This document shows positions 19,489 to 29,447 of a DNA stretch of 64,000 nt, piece after piece. The notes under the pieces were generated by a model. It was not told the DNA's origin. It did no database searches and saw only the letters and a program-made list of their open reading frames with translations. Position numbers and translations under genes: made by a program. The stretch is from assembly GCA_903873995.1 (NCBI GenBank), contig CAIQQQ010000344.1, positions 22,826-86,825 of the forward strand. The letters run 5' to 3'. How positions within the stretch are numbered: the stretch's first letter is position 1; every line of letters begins with the position of its first letter. Source of the DNA: an uncultured Rhodospirillales bacterium. Its GTDB lineage: Bacteria; Pseudomonadota; Alphaproteobacteria; Acetobacterales; Acetobacteraceae.

Positions 19489-20589
19489 TTGGGCTGCGAA
19501 AAGAAAGACAGTTGGATGCCAGCATCCCCGATATCGGACCGGCCTGTGGCCGGTCCAGTCCTTGGAATTGAGTCGTCATGCGACGAGACAGCGGCGGCCG
19601 TGTTGGGTTCGGACGGGCGGATCCTGGCTGAGGCAGTGCTGTCGCAAGCGGATCACGCGGCATTCGGTGGTGTGGTGCCGGAGATCGCCGCGCGCGCTCA
19701 TCTTGCACATCTGCCACGCCTGGTATCGCACGTCATGCAGCAGGCGGGGGTCGGGTATGCTGATCTTGGCGGGATCGCCGCGAGCGCAGGTCCGGGTTTG
19801 ATCGGCGGGCTGATCGTCGGATCTGGGTTCGCGAAGGGCGCCGCGCTGGCTCATGGAGTGCCTTACGTCGCAATTAACCACCTGGAGGCCCATGCCCTGA
19901 CAGCGCGGCTGCCGGCCCTGGGATTGCACGCGGCATTTCCGTATCTGCTCTTGCTGATGTCCGGCGGGCATTGTCAGGCGGTCGGGGTGGAAGGGGTCGG
20001 TCGCTACACCCGCCTTGGCGGGACGATCGATGACGCTGCCGGAGAGGCGTTCGATAAAGTCGCAAAGTTGCTGGGGTTGGGGTGGCCCGGCGGCCCAGCT
20101 CTTGAACAGCTGGCGGCCGAAGGGCGGCCAATACATCCTTTCCCACGCCCTCTTGCGGGACGTACCGGGTGCGATTTCAGCTTTTCCGGTCTCAAGACCG
20201 CAGTTTCCCAGCACATTGCGACGTTGCCGCATGGTGCAATTTCCCGGGCGATGGCTGCTGACATTGCGGCGAGCTTTCAGGATGCTGTGAGTGATGTGAT
20301 GGCTGACCGCGCAAGCCATGCAATGACCATGATTCGCGCACTCCATCCCACTTGCCGATTGATGGTCGTGGCGGGCGGGGTTGCCGCCAACATGGCCCTG
20401 CGCAGGGTGCTGCAGGATGCGGCACAACGTCAGGACTTTGTATTTGCCGCGCCACCGCTGCGGCTGTGCACGGACAATGCCGTGATGGTCGCCTGGGCCG
20501 GGATTGAGCGGCTGAGCCTTGGACTAATAAGCCAGTTTGACGCCGCCCCGCGCCCGCGCTGGCCACTCGCAGAGCTTGCGGTCGCGTGA
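19489..20589 (+). CDS. tsaD: tRNA N6-adenosine threonylcarbamoyltransferase TsaD
   Basis: 'VLGIESSCDETAAAV', 'NHLEAH', 'LLMSGGH'. The start may be the internal ATG (MPASPIS, 19516). Confidence 0.9.
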   Translation: MGCEKKDSWMPASPISDRPVAGPVLGIESSCDETAAAVLGSDGRILAEAVLSQADHAAFGGVVPEIAARAHLAHLPRLVSHVMQQAGVGYADLGGIAASAGPGLIGGLIVGSGFAKGAALAHGVPYVAINHLEAHALTARLPALGLHAAFPYLLLLMSGGHCQAVGVEGVGRYTRLGGTIDDAAGEAFDKVAKLLGLGWPGGPALEQLAAEGRPIHPFPRPLAGRTGCDFSFSGLKTAVSQHIATLPHGAISRAMAADIAASFQDAVSDVMADRASHAMTMIRALHPTCRLMVVAGGVAANMALRRVLQDAAQRQDFVFAAPPLRLCTDNAVMVAWAGIERLSLGLISQFDAAPRPRWPLAELAVA

Positions 20590-21407
20590 ACTACCGACAC
20601 GCGTTTCACGCCGGCAATTTCGCCGATTGCATGAAGCATGCCCTTTTGTTGTGGCTGCTGGACGCATTGCTTCGCAAGCCAGCCGGTGTGCTCGTCTTGG
20701 ACACGCATGCTGGCGTTGGCGCCTACGACCTGAGTTCATCGGAAGCGCTTCGGACCGGCGAGCATCATGGCGGTATCGCGCGCCTGATCGATCATCCGCC
20801 GCTTGTTCTGCAACCCTACGTGTCGCTCGTGACCAGGCTTGGTTTGTATCCTGGCTCGCCGACTCTGATCCGAGCCCAGCTGCGGCCACAGGACCGGCTG
20901 GCCTGCTGCGAGCTACATCCGGAAGACGCAGCCACACTGCGAGCCCGTTTCAGTCGGGACCAGCTTGTGTCGGTTCATGAGCGCGACGCCTGGGAGGCGC
21001 TAGGCGCGCTCCTGCCTCCGGCGCAGCTGAAGCGCGCTCTGGTGCTGATAGATCCGCCCTACGAGGCGGCGGACGAGTTCACGCGCGTATCGCAGGGGCT
21101 AATCCGCGGTCTGTCGCGATGCCGTTTCGGTGTGTTCGCGGCCTGGTATCCAGTGAAGCATCGTGCCCCGGTGCGTGAATTTCATCGTGTTCTGCGCGAA
21201 AGCGGAACTCGAGATATCGTGACTGCCGAGCTTTGGCTGCGTGCGCCACTGGATGCATCGCGGCTGAATGGGTGCGGCTTAGTGGTCATCAACCCGCCGT
21301 TCGGGTTCGAAGATGCAGCACGCGGCCTTCTTGCGGCTCTGCTCAGCCGACTTGGACATGGCGAGCACGGCGAGGGATTCGCGGTCGAGAGGCTCGTGGA
21401 TGAATAG
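20586..21407 (+). CDS. rlmJ: 23S rRNA (adenine2030-N6)-methyltransferase RlmJ
   Basis: 'MNYRHAFHAGNFADCMKHALL' and the 'IDPPYE' motif. GTG start overlaps the tsaD stop (GTGA). Confidence 0.85.
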   Translation: MNYRHAFHAGNFADCMKHALLLWLLDALLRKPAGVLVLDTHAGVGAYDLSSSEALRTGEHHGGIARLIDHPPLVLQPYVSLVTRLGLYPGSPTLIRAQLRPQDRLACCELHPEDAATLRARFSRDQLVSVHERDAWEALGALLPPAQLKRALVLIDPPYEAADEFTRVSQGLIRGLSRCRFGVFAAWYPVKHRAPVREFHRVLRESGTRDIVTAELWLRAPLDASRLNGCGLVVINPPFGFEDAARGLLAALLSRLGHGEHGEGFAVERLVDE

Positions 21408-22362
21408 GTTGGCCGTGATCGGCGCGGGCGCCTGGGGTACTGCACTCGCGATCCAGGCCGCGCGAGCAGGACACGACGTTGTACTGTGGGCGAGAGACCC
21501 TGAGGTGGCAGCCGCGATGGAGGCAACACGGCATAATTTCCGCCTGCCCGGCATCGCGCTGCCCGATCGCGTGCAGGTGACGAGCCTCATTCCAGCTGCG
21601 GATCTGGCGGTGCTGACTGTGCCTGTCCCTTATCTTCGCGGCATCGCCCGTCTGATACCGCATGCAGCAGCGTTTGTCGTCTGCTCCAAAGGCATGGAGG
21701 CAGCCGGAGGGGCGCTGCCGATAGAGATCCTGGCAGATCTTTGGCCGGAGCGACCGGCCCTCGTGCTGACCGGCCCTAACTTCGCTCACGAGGTCGCTGC
21801 AGGACTGCCGTCGGCAAGTGTCGTGGCCGGGAGCGATCCGGACTGGCGCAGCCAAGTCATCGCGGCTTTCGCGACACCCTCCTTCAGGCTTTATGAGAAT
21901 GACGACACCCTTGGCGCGTCGATCGGTGGGGCGGCAAAGAACGTGATCGCGATCGCGGCCGGGTGCGTGATAGGCGCCGGGCTCGGCGAGAACGCGCGCG
22001 CGGCTCTGCTGACGCGAGGACTCGCCGAGATCGCACGCCTGGTCGAGGCCCTCGGCGGGCGTGCGGCGACCGTGTTCGGATTGTCCGGCCTTGGCGACCT
22101 AATGCTGACATGCACGGGCACGGCTAGCCGTAATATGTCGGTCGGTCTCTTACTGGGTCGTGGGGAGGGTCTTGCCGTTGCATTGGCAAGCCAGCGCGGT
22201 GTCGCGGAGGGGGTGGCAACCGCTCGTGCCCTGGTGACGCGAGCATCCGGGGCGGGAGTCGAAATGCCCATCTGCGCAACCGTCACAGACGTGGTGGAGG
22301 GCCGAATAGGCGTGGTTGACGCCATCGAGGGGATCCTGACACGCCCAAATCGCCGGGAATGA
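21400..22362 (+). CDS. gpsA: NAD(P)H-dependent glycerol-3-phosphate dehydrogenase
   Basis: 'MNRLAVIGAGAWGTALA' Rossmann start and 'GAAKNVIAIAAG'. The start is chosen at the internal ATG overlapping the rlmJ stop. Confidence 0.9.
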   Translation: MNRLAVIGAGAWGTALAIQAARAGHDVVLWARDPEVAAAMEATRHNFRLPGIALPDRVQVTSLIPAADLAVLTVPVPYLRGIARLIPHAAAFVVCSKGMEAAGGALPIEILADLWPERPALVLTGPNFAHEVAAGLPSASVVAGSDPDWRSQVIAAFATPSFRLYENDDTLGASIGGAAKNVIAIAAGCVIGAGLGENARAALLTRGLAEIARLVEALGGRAATVFGLSGLGDLMLTCTGTASRNMSVGLLLGRGEGLAVALASQRGVAEGVATARALVTRASGAGVEMPICATVTDVVEGRIGVVDAIEGILTRPNRRE

Positions 22363-22555
22363 ACTGGACAGTTCAACGTTTTCTGTGTGGACGCACATGG
22401 ATGATGCGTAATTACATGCATTCAGATCATGTATCTCATCAATCGGTCGCGCGTTCCCCGATACAGTTGGGGAGAGCATACCCCTTTCCGCAGACAGAAA
22501 TTGCCTTGCTGCCCTGGAGAATTCTCCTCAGGGCCACGTGAATGGAAACTGAACA

Positions 22556-22915
22556 ATGACCATCAAGACGCTGACAACTGTCACCGCGATGGCGCTGATT
22601 GCCGCCGGCGGAACATTCGCCGCCATGAACTCCCAGGCCCGCCCCGCGGTCGAAATCGCAAGCGGTGCGGATCGCTATGAGGTCGCCTCCGGCGGCGAGC
22701 GCTACCAGATCGCTCAGGGCGGAGACCGCTACCAGATCGCTCAGGGCGGAGACCGCTACCAGATCGCTCAGGGCGGCGATCGCTACCAGATCGCTCAGGG
22801 CGGCGATCGCTACCAGATCGCTCAGGGCGGAGACCGCTACCAGATCGCTCAGGGCGGAGACCGCTACCAGCTTGCGGAAAGTGATAGGCACGGCCAATCG
22901 ATCGCGCAGGTCTGA
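22556..22915 (+). CDS. Hypothetical secreted protein made of nonapeptide repeats (GGDRYQIAQ)
   Basis: 119 aa with signal-like 'MTIKTLTTVTAMALIAAGGTFAAMNSQA'. Eight 9-aa repeats follow. A GGAAA-rich stretch precedes the ATG. No family recognised. Confidence 0.6.
   Translation: MTIKTLTTVTAMALIAAGGTFAAMNSQARPAVEIASGADRYEVASGGERYQIAQGGDRYQIAQGGDRYQIAQGGDRYQIAQGGDRYQIAQGGDRYQIAQGGDRYQLAESDRHGQSIAQV
22664..22879 (+). repeat. Tandem array of eight 27-bp units (coding repeat)
   Basis: Counted by hand, units of 27 bp from 22664. Outer copies are degenerate and five central copies encode an identical peptide. Synonymous variants occur in blocks: GGA-GAC x2, GGC-GAT x2, GGA-GAC x2. Confidence 0.95.
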
Positions 22916-22989
22916 TAGCAGGCTGGCTTCACATCTGACTCCGGCCGTCAGGTCGGAAGGCAGGAAGCCGCAAAACCGACCACCAAACG

Positions 22990-23032
22990 AAAGGCTCTAT
23001 GACGTCGACTTGTCACGGAGCCTTTGTCTTTC
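22990..23032 (+). terminator. Candidate intrinsic terminator after the repeat-protein gene
   Basis: Stem AAAGGCTC/GAGCCTTT (8 bp) with an inner TGAC/GTCA pairing, followed by GTCTTTCT. Confidence 0.45.
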
Positions 23033-23099
23033 TGCATCGGGTCTGCTCAGCCTGCCGGACGGCATGGCCTCAGTTGTGCTCCTGCGCTAAAGCCACACC

Positions 23100-24638
23100 A
23101 TGTTGCGCGGCATTCTCACTGTTGGCATCTGGACGATGGGCAGCCGCGTGCTGGGCTTCTTGCGCGATATGCTGATGGCCGCCCTGGTCGGCGCCGGGCC
23201 GCTTGGCGATGCCTTCTTCGTCGCGAACCGGCTGCCGAACATGTTCCGGTCCTTGTTTGGCGAGGGCGCGTTCAATGCGGCCTTTGTGCCGAGTTTCTCC
23301 GCTATCCTGTCAGGGCGGGGGAAAACCGCCGCCCGGCGCTTCGCGGAGGAAAGCTTCGGTGTCATGGCATTCTGGCTTCTCGGCCTGACAATTTTGGCCG
23401 AGTTGCTCATGGAACCTTTGGTTGGCCTGCTTCAACTCGGTGCGACCGATGATCCTGCCCACCTCGCCCTGGTTGTTGAATTGGCGCGGATCACATTCCC
23501 CTACATGCCGTTGATTTGCTTAACGGCCCTCCTTTCCGGGGTTTTGAACGGCCTTGACCGCTTTGCAGTCGCTGCTGCGGCCCCGGTGCTCTACAACGTC
23601 ACATCGATGGCGTTCATGATCGGCCTCGTGGGAATCGGGCCCGCCCAAGCCGCAGCGTTCGGGGTCAGCGTATCCGGTATATTGCAGTTGATTCTGGTGG
23701 GCTGGGGTGTGTGGCATAGCGGCATGGCGCTTCATCTGGTGCGCCCTCGCCTGTCGCCTGAGATCGTGATGCTGCTGCGACGCATGGCACCAGGGCTTTT
23801 GGCCGCGGGAGTGACCCAGCTAAACCTCAGTCTTGACGTGGTGATCGCGAGCTTTCTACCGACAGGCACCCAATCGGCTCTATATTTTGCCAATCGGCTC
23901 AACCAGCTCCCGCTTGGCATCATCGGAACCGCCATCGGAACCGGGATGCTCCCAAGCCTATCAAGACAGGCCCAAGCTGGAGAGAACGCCAAGGCCATCA
24001 CGACCCTGAACCGAGCCTTGGAATACGCGATGGTTCTCACGCTGCCGGCGGCGCTGGCGCTGGGTGCTGTGCCGATCGCGCTCATGACGGTGCTGTTCGA
24101 GCGCGGCGCCTTTACCCACCACGCAGCGGTTCTGGCTGGGGAGACCTTGCAGGCCTACGCGATCGGACTGCCGGCGTTTGTTCTGATCAAGGTGCTGGTG
24201 CCTGCACTGTTTGCCCGCGGTGACACACGGACGCCGATGCGATGGGGCCTCGCATCTGTTGGGCTCAATATCGCGCTGAATGTCGCCTTTATGGTTCCAT
24301 TTCAACATCGCGGCCCAGCGCTTGCTGCATCCATCTCGGCCTGGGCGAACGTGGCAGCCCTGATTGTGGTCCTGCATGGCCGCGGCTTTCTGATGCCTGA
24401 TGCTCTCCTGCGCAGACGTTTGCCGCGCATGGCCATAGCGGCTCTGGCAATGACTGTGGCGCTTTTGGCATTGCAGGCCTGGATCTACGGGCCGCTCTCT
24501 GAAGGCTTGGCCTCGCGTTGGATCGGGCTTGGGGTGCTCGTCGGAGGTGGTCTCGCAGCCTACGGCCTGGCCGGTCAGAGCTTCGGCGCCTTCGACTTGC
24601 ACGCGATACTGGGCACCGTGCGCCGCAGGCGGGCTTGA
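23100..24638 (+). CDS. murJ: Lipid II flippase MurJ (MviN)
   Basis: 512 aa, polytopic. The N-terminal '[50 protein letters not shown]' is the MurJ signature region. Confidence 0.9.
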   Translation: MLRGILTVGIWTMGSRVLGFLRDMLMAALVGAGPLGDAFFVANRLPNMFRSLFGEGAFNAAFVPSFSAILSGRGKTAARRFAEESFGVMAFWLLGLTILAELLMEPLVGLLQLGATDDPAHLALVVELARITFPYMPLICLTALLSGVLNGLDRFAVAAAAPVLYNVTSMAFMIGLVGIGPAQAAAFGVSVSGILQLILVGWGVWHSGMALHLVRPRLSPEIVMLLRRMAPGLLAAGVTQLNLSLDVVIASFLPTGTQSALYFANRLNQLPLGIIGTAIGTGMLPSLSRQAQAGENAKAITTLNRALEYAMVLTLPAALALGAVPIALMTVLFERGAFTHHAAVLAGETLQAYAIGLPAFVLIKVLVPALFARGDTRTPMRWGLASVGLNIALNVAFMVPFQHRGPALAASISAWANVAALIVVLHGRGFLMPDALLRRRLPRMAIAALAMTVALLALQAWIYGPLSEGLASRWIGLGVLVGGGLAAYGLAGQSFGAFDLHAILGTVRRRRA

Positions 24639-24688
24639 CGGGCCTGGGTCAGCCAGGATTCATCACTGCCTTGCGAAGGACCCCAGAT

Positions 24689-25687
24689 ATGCAGCGTATC
24701 TTTTCCGGCATCCAGCCCACCGGCGTTCCCCATCTCGGAAACTATCTGGGAGCGGTGCGCAACTGGGTGGCGCTGCAGAAGAATCACGATTGCCTGTATT
24801 GCGTCGTCGATCTGCACGCCATCACGGCCGCCCACGACCACCGCACGCTGGCCGCGCAGACCCGTGATCTTGCAGCGAGCCTGATTGCATGTGGCATCGA
24901 TCCTGAGAAGCACATCCTATTCAACCAATCGGCCGTGCACGCCCATGTGCGGTTGGGGTGGATCTTTACCTGCGTCGCACGCATGGGCTGGCTCAACCGC
25001 ATGACCCAATTCAAGGACAAGGCCGGCAAGGACCGTGAGAACGTGTCCACCGGGCTGTTCACCTATCCCAACCTCATGGCTGCCGACATCCTGGCCTATC
25101 ATGCCACTCGCGTGCCTGTCGGCGACGATCAGAAACAGCATATCGAGCTCGCCAATGACATCCGCGCGAAGTTCAATCACGATTTCGAAACGGATTTCTT
25201 TCCCGAGATCGAACCGCTGATCCTGGGCCCGGCAGCCCGCGTCATGAGCCTGCGGGACGGTGCGAAGAAGATGAGCAAGTCGGACGCGTCAGATCAAAGC
25301 CGCATCAATCTGACGGATGACGCCGAGACCATTGCGCTGAAGATCAAGCGTGCCAAGACCGACGCTGAACCCCTGCCGAGCGAACCTGCCGGGCTCGAAG
25401 CGCGCCCGGAGGCCCGCAACCTGGTTGGAATCTATGCAGCCCTGCAGGACACCGACCATACCGGTGTCCTGCGCGAGCATGGCGGGAAGGGGTTTGGCGC
25501 ATTCAAAGACTCGCTTGCGGCTCTGGTAGTGGAAAAGCTGGCGCCGATCGCAAGTGAAACGCGGCGCCTTCTGGGCGATCCAGGCCACGTCGATGCCATC
25601 CTAAGGGACGGCGCGGCCAGGGCTGCGGCGATCGCAGATCCAATCGTCACGGAGGCCGAACGGCTCGTTGGCTTCCTTAGGCCCTGA
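24689..25687 (+). CDS. trpS: Tryptophan--tRNA ligase
   Basis: '[18 protein letters not shown]' (HIGH-type) and 'KMSKS'. The start is at the internal ATG, since the longer ORF overlaps the murJ 3' end. Confidence 0.92.
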   Translation: MQRIFSGIQPTGVPHLGNYLGAVRNWVALQKNHDCLYCVVDLHAITAAHDHRTLAAQTRDLAASLIACGIDPEKHILFNQSAVHAHVRLGWIFTCVARMGWLNRMTQFKDKAGKDRENVSTGLFTYPNLMAADILAYHATRVPVGDDQKQHIELANDIRAKFNHDFETDFFPEIEPLILGPAARVMSLRDGAKKMSKSDASDQSRINLTDDAETIALKIKRAKTDAEPLPSEPAGLEARPEARNLVGIYAALQDTDHTGVLREHGGKGFGAFKDSLAALVVEKLAPIASETRRLLGDPGHVDAILRDGAARAAAIADPIVTEAERLVGFLRP

Positions 25688-25711
25688 TCAACGCCGGGAG
25701 ACGGCGCTCGG

Positions 25712-25984
25712 TCATCTTAGGTTGAAGAACAGCCCAAGGCTGGGTCCATAAACAAGGGGCGGCTGGTAGCCGTAAGGGCGGCCGTAGATTACTGGCGGGC
25801 CACGATCGTAGTGTTCATAGCGCTGGTTATTGCGCCGGTTGTCGTGCTGGTTGCGGGGTTCGTCGCGCCGGTTGTTGTCACGGCGCTGGGGCTGAGCCTC
25901 GGCGTTGAAACCGACCGCCGTTGCGGCCACCAGAACCGCCAGGGCAATGCGGGCAGCAGAATACTTGATCCAATGATGCGTCAT
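25712..25984 (-). CDS. Small secreted low-complexity protein (Arg/Asn/Asp/Gln-rich, then Gly/Tyr/Pro-rich)
   Basis: 90 aa from MTHHW. Signal-like 'AARIALAVLVAATAVGFNAEA'. No family recognised, so coding status is moderately uncertain. Confidence 0.4.
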   Translation of the reverse strand: MTHHWIKYSAARIALAVLVAATAVGFNAEAQPQRRDNNRRDEPRNQHDNRRNNQRYEHYDRGPPVIYGRPYGYQPPLVYGPSLGLFFNLR

Positions 25985-26006
25985 GACCCGACTCCCGTCA
26001 TCTTGT

Positions 26007-26561
26007 TCAGGTGTGGGTCTCGGAGGTGTCACGTCCGAAGCTCTGGAATACCTCGTCGGCGTTCTTTCGCTGGGCCGGCGGCATGGACTCATAAAGCTCC
26101 TCAAACGCTTTCGTGAGATGCTTCAGGCCATTGACATGCGCCTCGGCGTAATGCTGATAAGTATGCAGATTATCGAGTGCGGTCATTCCAGTTTTACTGC
26201 GGTCCGATCGCTCGTTGGCATGCTTTTCCAAAACGGCTGCGTTCTCGCGCATCACGTTGGCCACTCGGCTCCAACGATCCTCCTGTGCCGGCGTTATCTG
26301 CAGCGACGTGTGCAGGCTTGAGATGCGCAGCTCCACCGTCTCGGCCTTGTTCTCTGCGCCGGTTCCTGAAGGTTGACCCGCTGCAGGCGGGGGCGGTGAC
26401 TGGGTTTGCGGCGGACCGGGCGTGCCGGTTGCCGTCTGCGCCCTGGCCGCAATTGGAACCCCGGTAAGCAATGTCAGGCTGACGATCGCAGTGACGCTGG
26501 TGATCGTATGAGGACGGAACTGCATAGGGGTGGCCCTTCCCGCGGGAGTGAAATATCTCAC
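26007..26561 (-). CDS. Periplasmic LTXXQ-motif (Spy/CpxP-like) protein
   Basis: Signal-like 'TSVTAIVSLTLLTGVPIAARAQ', a Pro-rich linker and the helical 'LQITPAQEDRW' (LxxxQ-type) motif. The start may be 26525 (MQFRP). Confidence 0.5.
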   Translation of the reverse strand: MRYFTPAGRATPMQFRPHTITSVTAIVSLTLLTGVPIAARAQTATGTPGPPQTQSPPPPAAGQPSGTGAENKAETVELRISSLHTSLQITPAQEDRWSRVANVMRENAAVLEKHANERSDRSKTGMTALDNLHTYQHYAEAHVNGLKHLTKAFEELYESMPPAQRKNADEVFQSFGRDTSETHT

Positions 26562-26624
26562 TTGACGGAAATGGTCCCTGTCCTGGTCCGGATCATGGGT
26601 CGGAATACACGCAGCTTCGCGCCA

Positions 26625-27218
26625 TCAGACAGCTCGCCGGGCTCTGAGTGCCGCGGCCAGCGTGCCGTCATCCAACACATCGAGCGCGCCGCCCATGGGC
26701 ACGCCTTGCGCCACACGCGTCACCGCAACGCCCTGGGGCCGCAGTCGATCCGTGAGCCAATGGGCGGTCGTGGCGCCGTCCACCGTAGCGCCCAGCGCCA
26801 GGATGATTTCCGCAACACCGCCTTCCTGGATGCGGGCTATCAAAGGCGCGAGATTGAGATCTTCAGGCCCCTGCCCAGCCAGCGCCGACAACGTGCCGCC
26901 AAGAACATGATAGAGCCCGCGATGAACATGCGCCCGCTCGAGAGCCCAGAGATCGCCCACCGTCTCGACGACGCAGATGATCGACGTGTCACGATCCGGA
27001 TCGGCGCAGATCGAACACGGATCCTGGCTGTCCAGATTACCGCACAGGCTGCACGCCCGGGTGGCGCGGGCGGCATCAGCAAGAGCTGCGGCCAACGGCA
27101 GCATGCGTAGCTCGGGCTGCTGGAGCAGCTTGAGAGCAGCCCGCCTGGCGCTGCGCGGCCCGAGGCCCGGAAGCCTCGCAAGCAACGCCACGAGCCGTTC
27201 GATTTCCGGACCGCCCAT
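26625..27218 (-). CDS. recR: Recombination protein RecR
   Basis: 197 aa. '[11 protein letters not shown]' helix-hairpin-helix, Cys4 'CSLCGNL...CSIC', and a Toprim domain. Confidence 0.92.
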   Translation of the reverse strand: MGGPEIERLVALLARLPGLGPRSARRAALKLLQQPELRMLPLAAALADAARATRACSLCGNLDSQDPCSICADPDRDTSIICVVETVGDLWALERAHVHRGLYHVLGGTLSALAGQGPEDLNLAPLIARIQEGGVAEIILALGATVDGATTAHWLTDRLRPQGVAVTRVAQGVPMGGALDVLDDGTLAAALRARRAV

Positions 27219-27244
27219 CTATGGTTCGGCCCGAGGGGAACGGC

Positions 27245-27931
27245 TCACACCACCCGCGTCCTAACGGTGCCGACGCCTTCGACGAAACCCTCAAGCAGAT
27301 CGCCGCGGCCAACCGCGGCGACGCCCTCGGGCGTTCCGGTAAAGATAAGGTCACCGGCCTCGAGCCGAACCAGCTTTGACAGATAGGAGATCGTCTCTCC
27401 GACTGACCAGATCAGCATCGAAAGGTTGCTGCTCTGACGCACCACGCCGTTGACCTTCAGCTCGATGCGGCCCTTCGTCGGATTCGGCAACCCCGCCGCT
27501 GGCACCATGTCTCCGATCGGGGCGGAATGGTCGAAGCCCTTGCCCATGTCCCATGGACGTCCAAGCTTCTTCGCCTCGCCTTGGATATCACGCCTAGTCA
27601 TGTCGAGCCCTGCCGCATAGCCCCAGACATGTGCCAGCGCGTCCGCTTCGGCGATGTTGGTTCCGCCCGATTTCAGCGCGACGACCAGCTCCATCTCGTG
27701 ATGAAGATCGCTCGTCATCGTTGGATATGGCATGTCACTGCCACCTGCCAGCAATGCATCGGCAGGCTTGCAGAAGAAGAATGGCGCCTCCCTGTCTGGA
27801 TCATGGCCCATTTCCCGGGCGTGTGCTGCGTAATTGCGGCCCACACAATAGACACGGCGGACCGGGAAAGCTCCACCGCCTGCGACTGGCACGGCAGACA
27901 CGGTAGGCGGGGCGATCACATACGCGCTCAT
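27245..27931 (-). CDS. Fumarylacetoacetate hydrolase (FAH) family protein
   Basis: 'VYCVGRNYAAHAREMG', 'EMELVV', 'GDLIFTGTPEGV'. Start placed at MSAYVIAPP. Confidence 0.85.
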   Translation of the reverse strand: MSAYVIAPPTVSAVPVAGGGAFPVRRVYCVGRNYAAHAREMGHDPDREAPFFFCKPADALLAGGSDMPYPTMTSDLHHEMELVVALKSGGTNIAEADALAHVWGYAAGLDMTRRDIQGEAKKLGRPWDMGKGFDHSAPIGDMVPAAGLPNPTKGRIELKVNGVVRQSSNLSMLIWSVGETISYLSKLVRLEAGDLIFTGTPEGVAAVGRGDLLEGFVEGVGTVRTRVV

Positions 27932-28086
27932 CTCGGTCGTCCTCGGCAAGGTTGCGTTTGAATCTACAAGTGCATCCCTCCCGCGTGAAGAGCGGCAGGG
28001 ATTCACATTTCGCCGTCGCGGCTCTGCGCGTTCGATGTCATAGCAATGTGAAACCAGAAATCGGAGCGTTGAGAGTGGCCAGGAGA

Positions 28087-29343
28087 ATGACGTCGAACAC
28101 GCTTTATCTGTAGGTTCTGGCCGCCGTGGTGATCGGCGTGCTTCTAGGTCATTTCTACCCTGACCTTGCCATCAGGATGCAGCCTTTGGGCGATGGTTTC
28201 GTGAAGCTGGTTCGGATGCTGATCGCGCCGATCATCTTCCTTACGGTTGTTGTGGGCATCGGCAAGCTGAGCGATGGCGCAGCAGTTGGACGAATAGGGC
28301 TGAAGGCGATCGTCTATTTCGAGGTACTGACCACGTTCGCGATGGCGATTGGCGTGGCAGTTGGCCAATTTGTCGGGCCTGGCGTTGGGGTCAACGCCGA
28401 TCCGGCAAGACTCAATACGGCCTCGGTGAACAAGTTCATCACCGCGCCTCACCTCACAGTTTCAGACTTTCTGCTCAACATCATTCCCGACACGGTCGTT
28501 GGCGCGTTCTCAAAGGGAGACATCCTCCCTGTGCTGTTCTTTGCCGTGCTGTTCGGCATCGGCTGCGCGCAGCTAGGTGAGCGCGGCAAGGGATTCGTTC
28601 ATCTTCTGGATGACGCAAGTCATGCGTTCTTCAAGGTGGTTGGTCTCATCATGAAGGTTGCGCCGTTGGGCGCGTTTGGTGCCATGGCATTCGTGATCGG
28701 CAGCTACGGCATCAAGACGCTGTTCTCGCTGGCCTGGCTGATGGGGTCCTTCTATCTCACCTGCTTTCTGTTCGTGTTCATCGTCCTGGCGCTTGTGCTC
28801 TCGGCGACCGGACTCAATCTGGTGCGGCTGATCCGGTATCTCAGCGACGAGTTTTTCATCGTGCTTGGCACGTCGTCGTCAGAGGCAGCACTGCCCACAT
28901 TGATGGAAAAGCTTGAGCGGCTTGGCTGCGGCAAATCCCTTGTCGGGCTGGTTGTGCCGCTTGGCTATGCGTTCAATCTCGATGGCACCTCGATTTATTT
29001 CACCCTCGCGATCGCGTTCATCTCGCAAGCCCTGAACATTCCCCTGGGCGTGGAGGACTGGCTGTTCATTCTCGCAGTGCTGCTGCTGACCTCCAAGGGG
29101 GCGGCTGCCATCGCCGGTGGCGGGTTCATCACGCTGGCGGCGACGCTTGCGACGTTGAACGGTAAGATCCCGGTGGGCGGGATCGTTCTCGTGTTCGCAG
29201 TCGATCGGTTTATGAGCGAGGCGAGGGCGATTACCAACCTTTTCAGCAACGCGGTGGCGACATTGTTCGTGGCATGGTGGGAAGGCGATCTGGATGTTGC
29301 GCGTGCGAAGCGCGTGCTGGCTGGCGAACTGGTGCAAGTTTAA
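28087..29343 (+). pseudogene. dctA: C4-dicarboxylate transporter DctA with in-frame TAG at codon 9
   Basis: AGGAGA-ATG at 28081-28089 gives MTSNTLYL-TAG-VLAAVVIGVLLGHFYPD. The TAG (28111-28113) sits where DctA proteins have the Gln of 'LY(F/V)QVL'. The rest of the 405-aa ORF (from GTG 28126) is intact DctA-like ('PLGDGFVKLVRMLIAPIIF'). Confidence 0.7.
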
Positions 29344-29447
29344 GGCAAGACTTCGGCCTGTCGCTCTGATTCTACTGGAGTCACGTGGAGTTGTGATGCC
29401 GTTTCAACCGCCCCTCGCCTTGCAGATCGTTACGCCATCGCTCAACG

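Noticed and set aside
22664-22879. Regular 27-bp repeats considered as a possible CRISPR array
   Set aside because: The units are directly abutting with no spacers. They are in frame within an ORF carrying a signal peptide, and no cas genes are nearby.
22439-23090. ORFs 22439-22897 (minus) and 22665-23090 (plus) overlapping the repeat array
   Set aside because: They stay open only because a 27-bp repeat without stops in one unit is open in every copy. They have no start context or signal peptide.
27932-28086. Sigma-54 promoter or DctD upstream activating sites in front of dctA
   Set aside because: No TGGCAC-N5-TTGC match was found. The closest (GGCAAGGTTGC at about 27945) has the wrong spacing and position.
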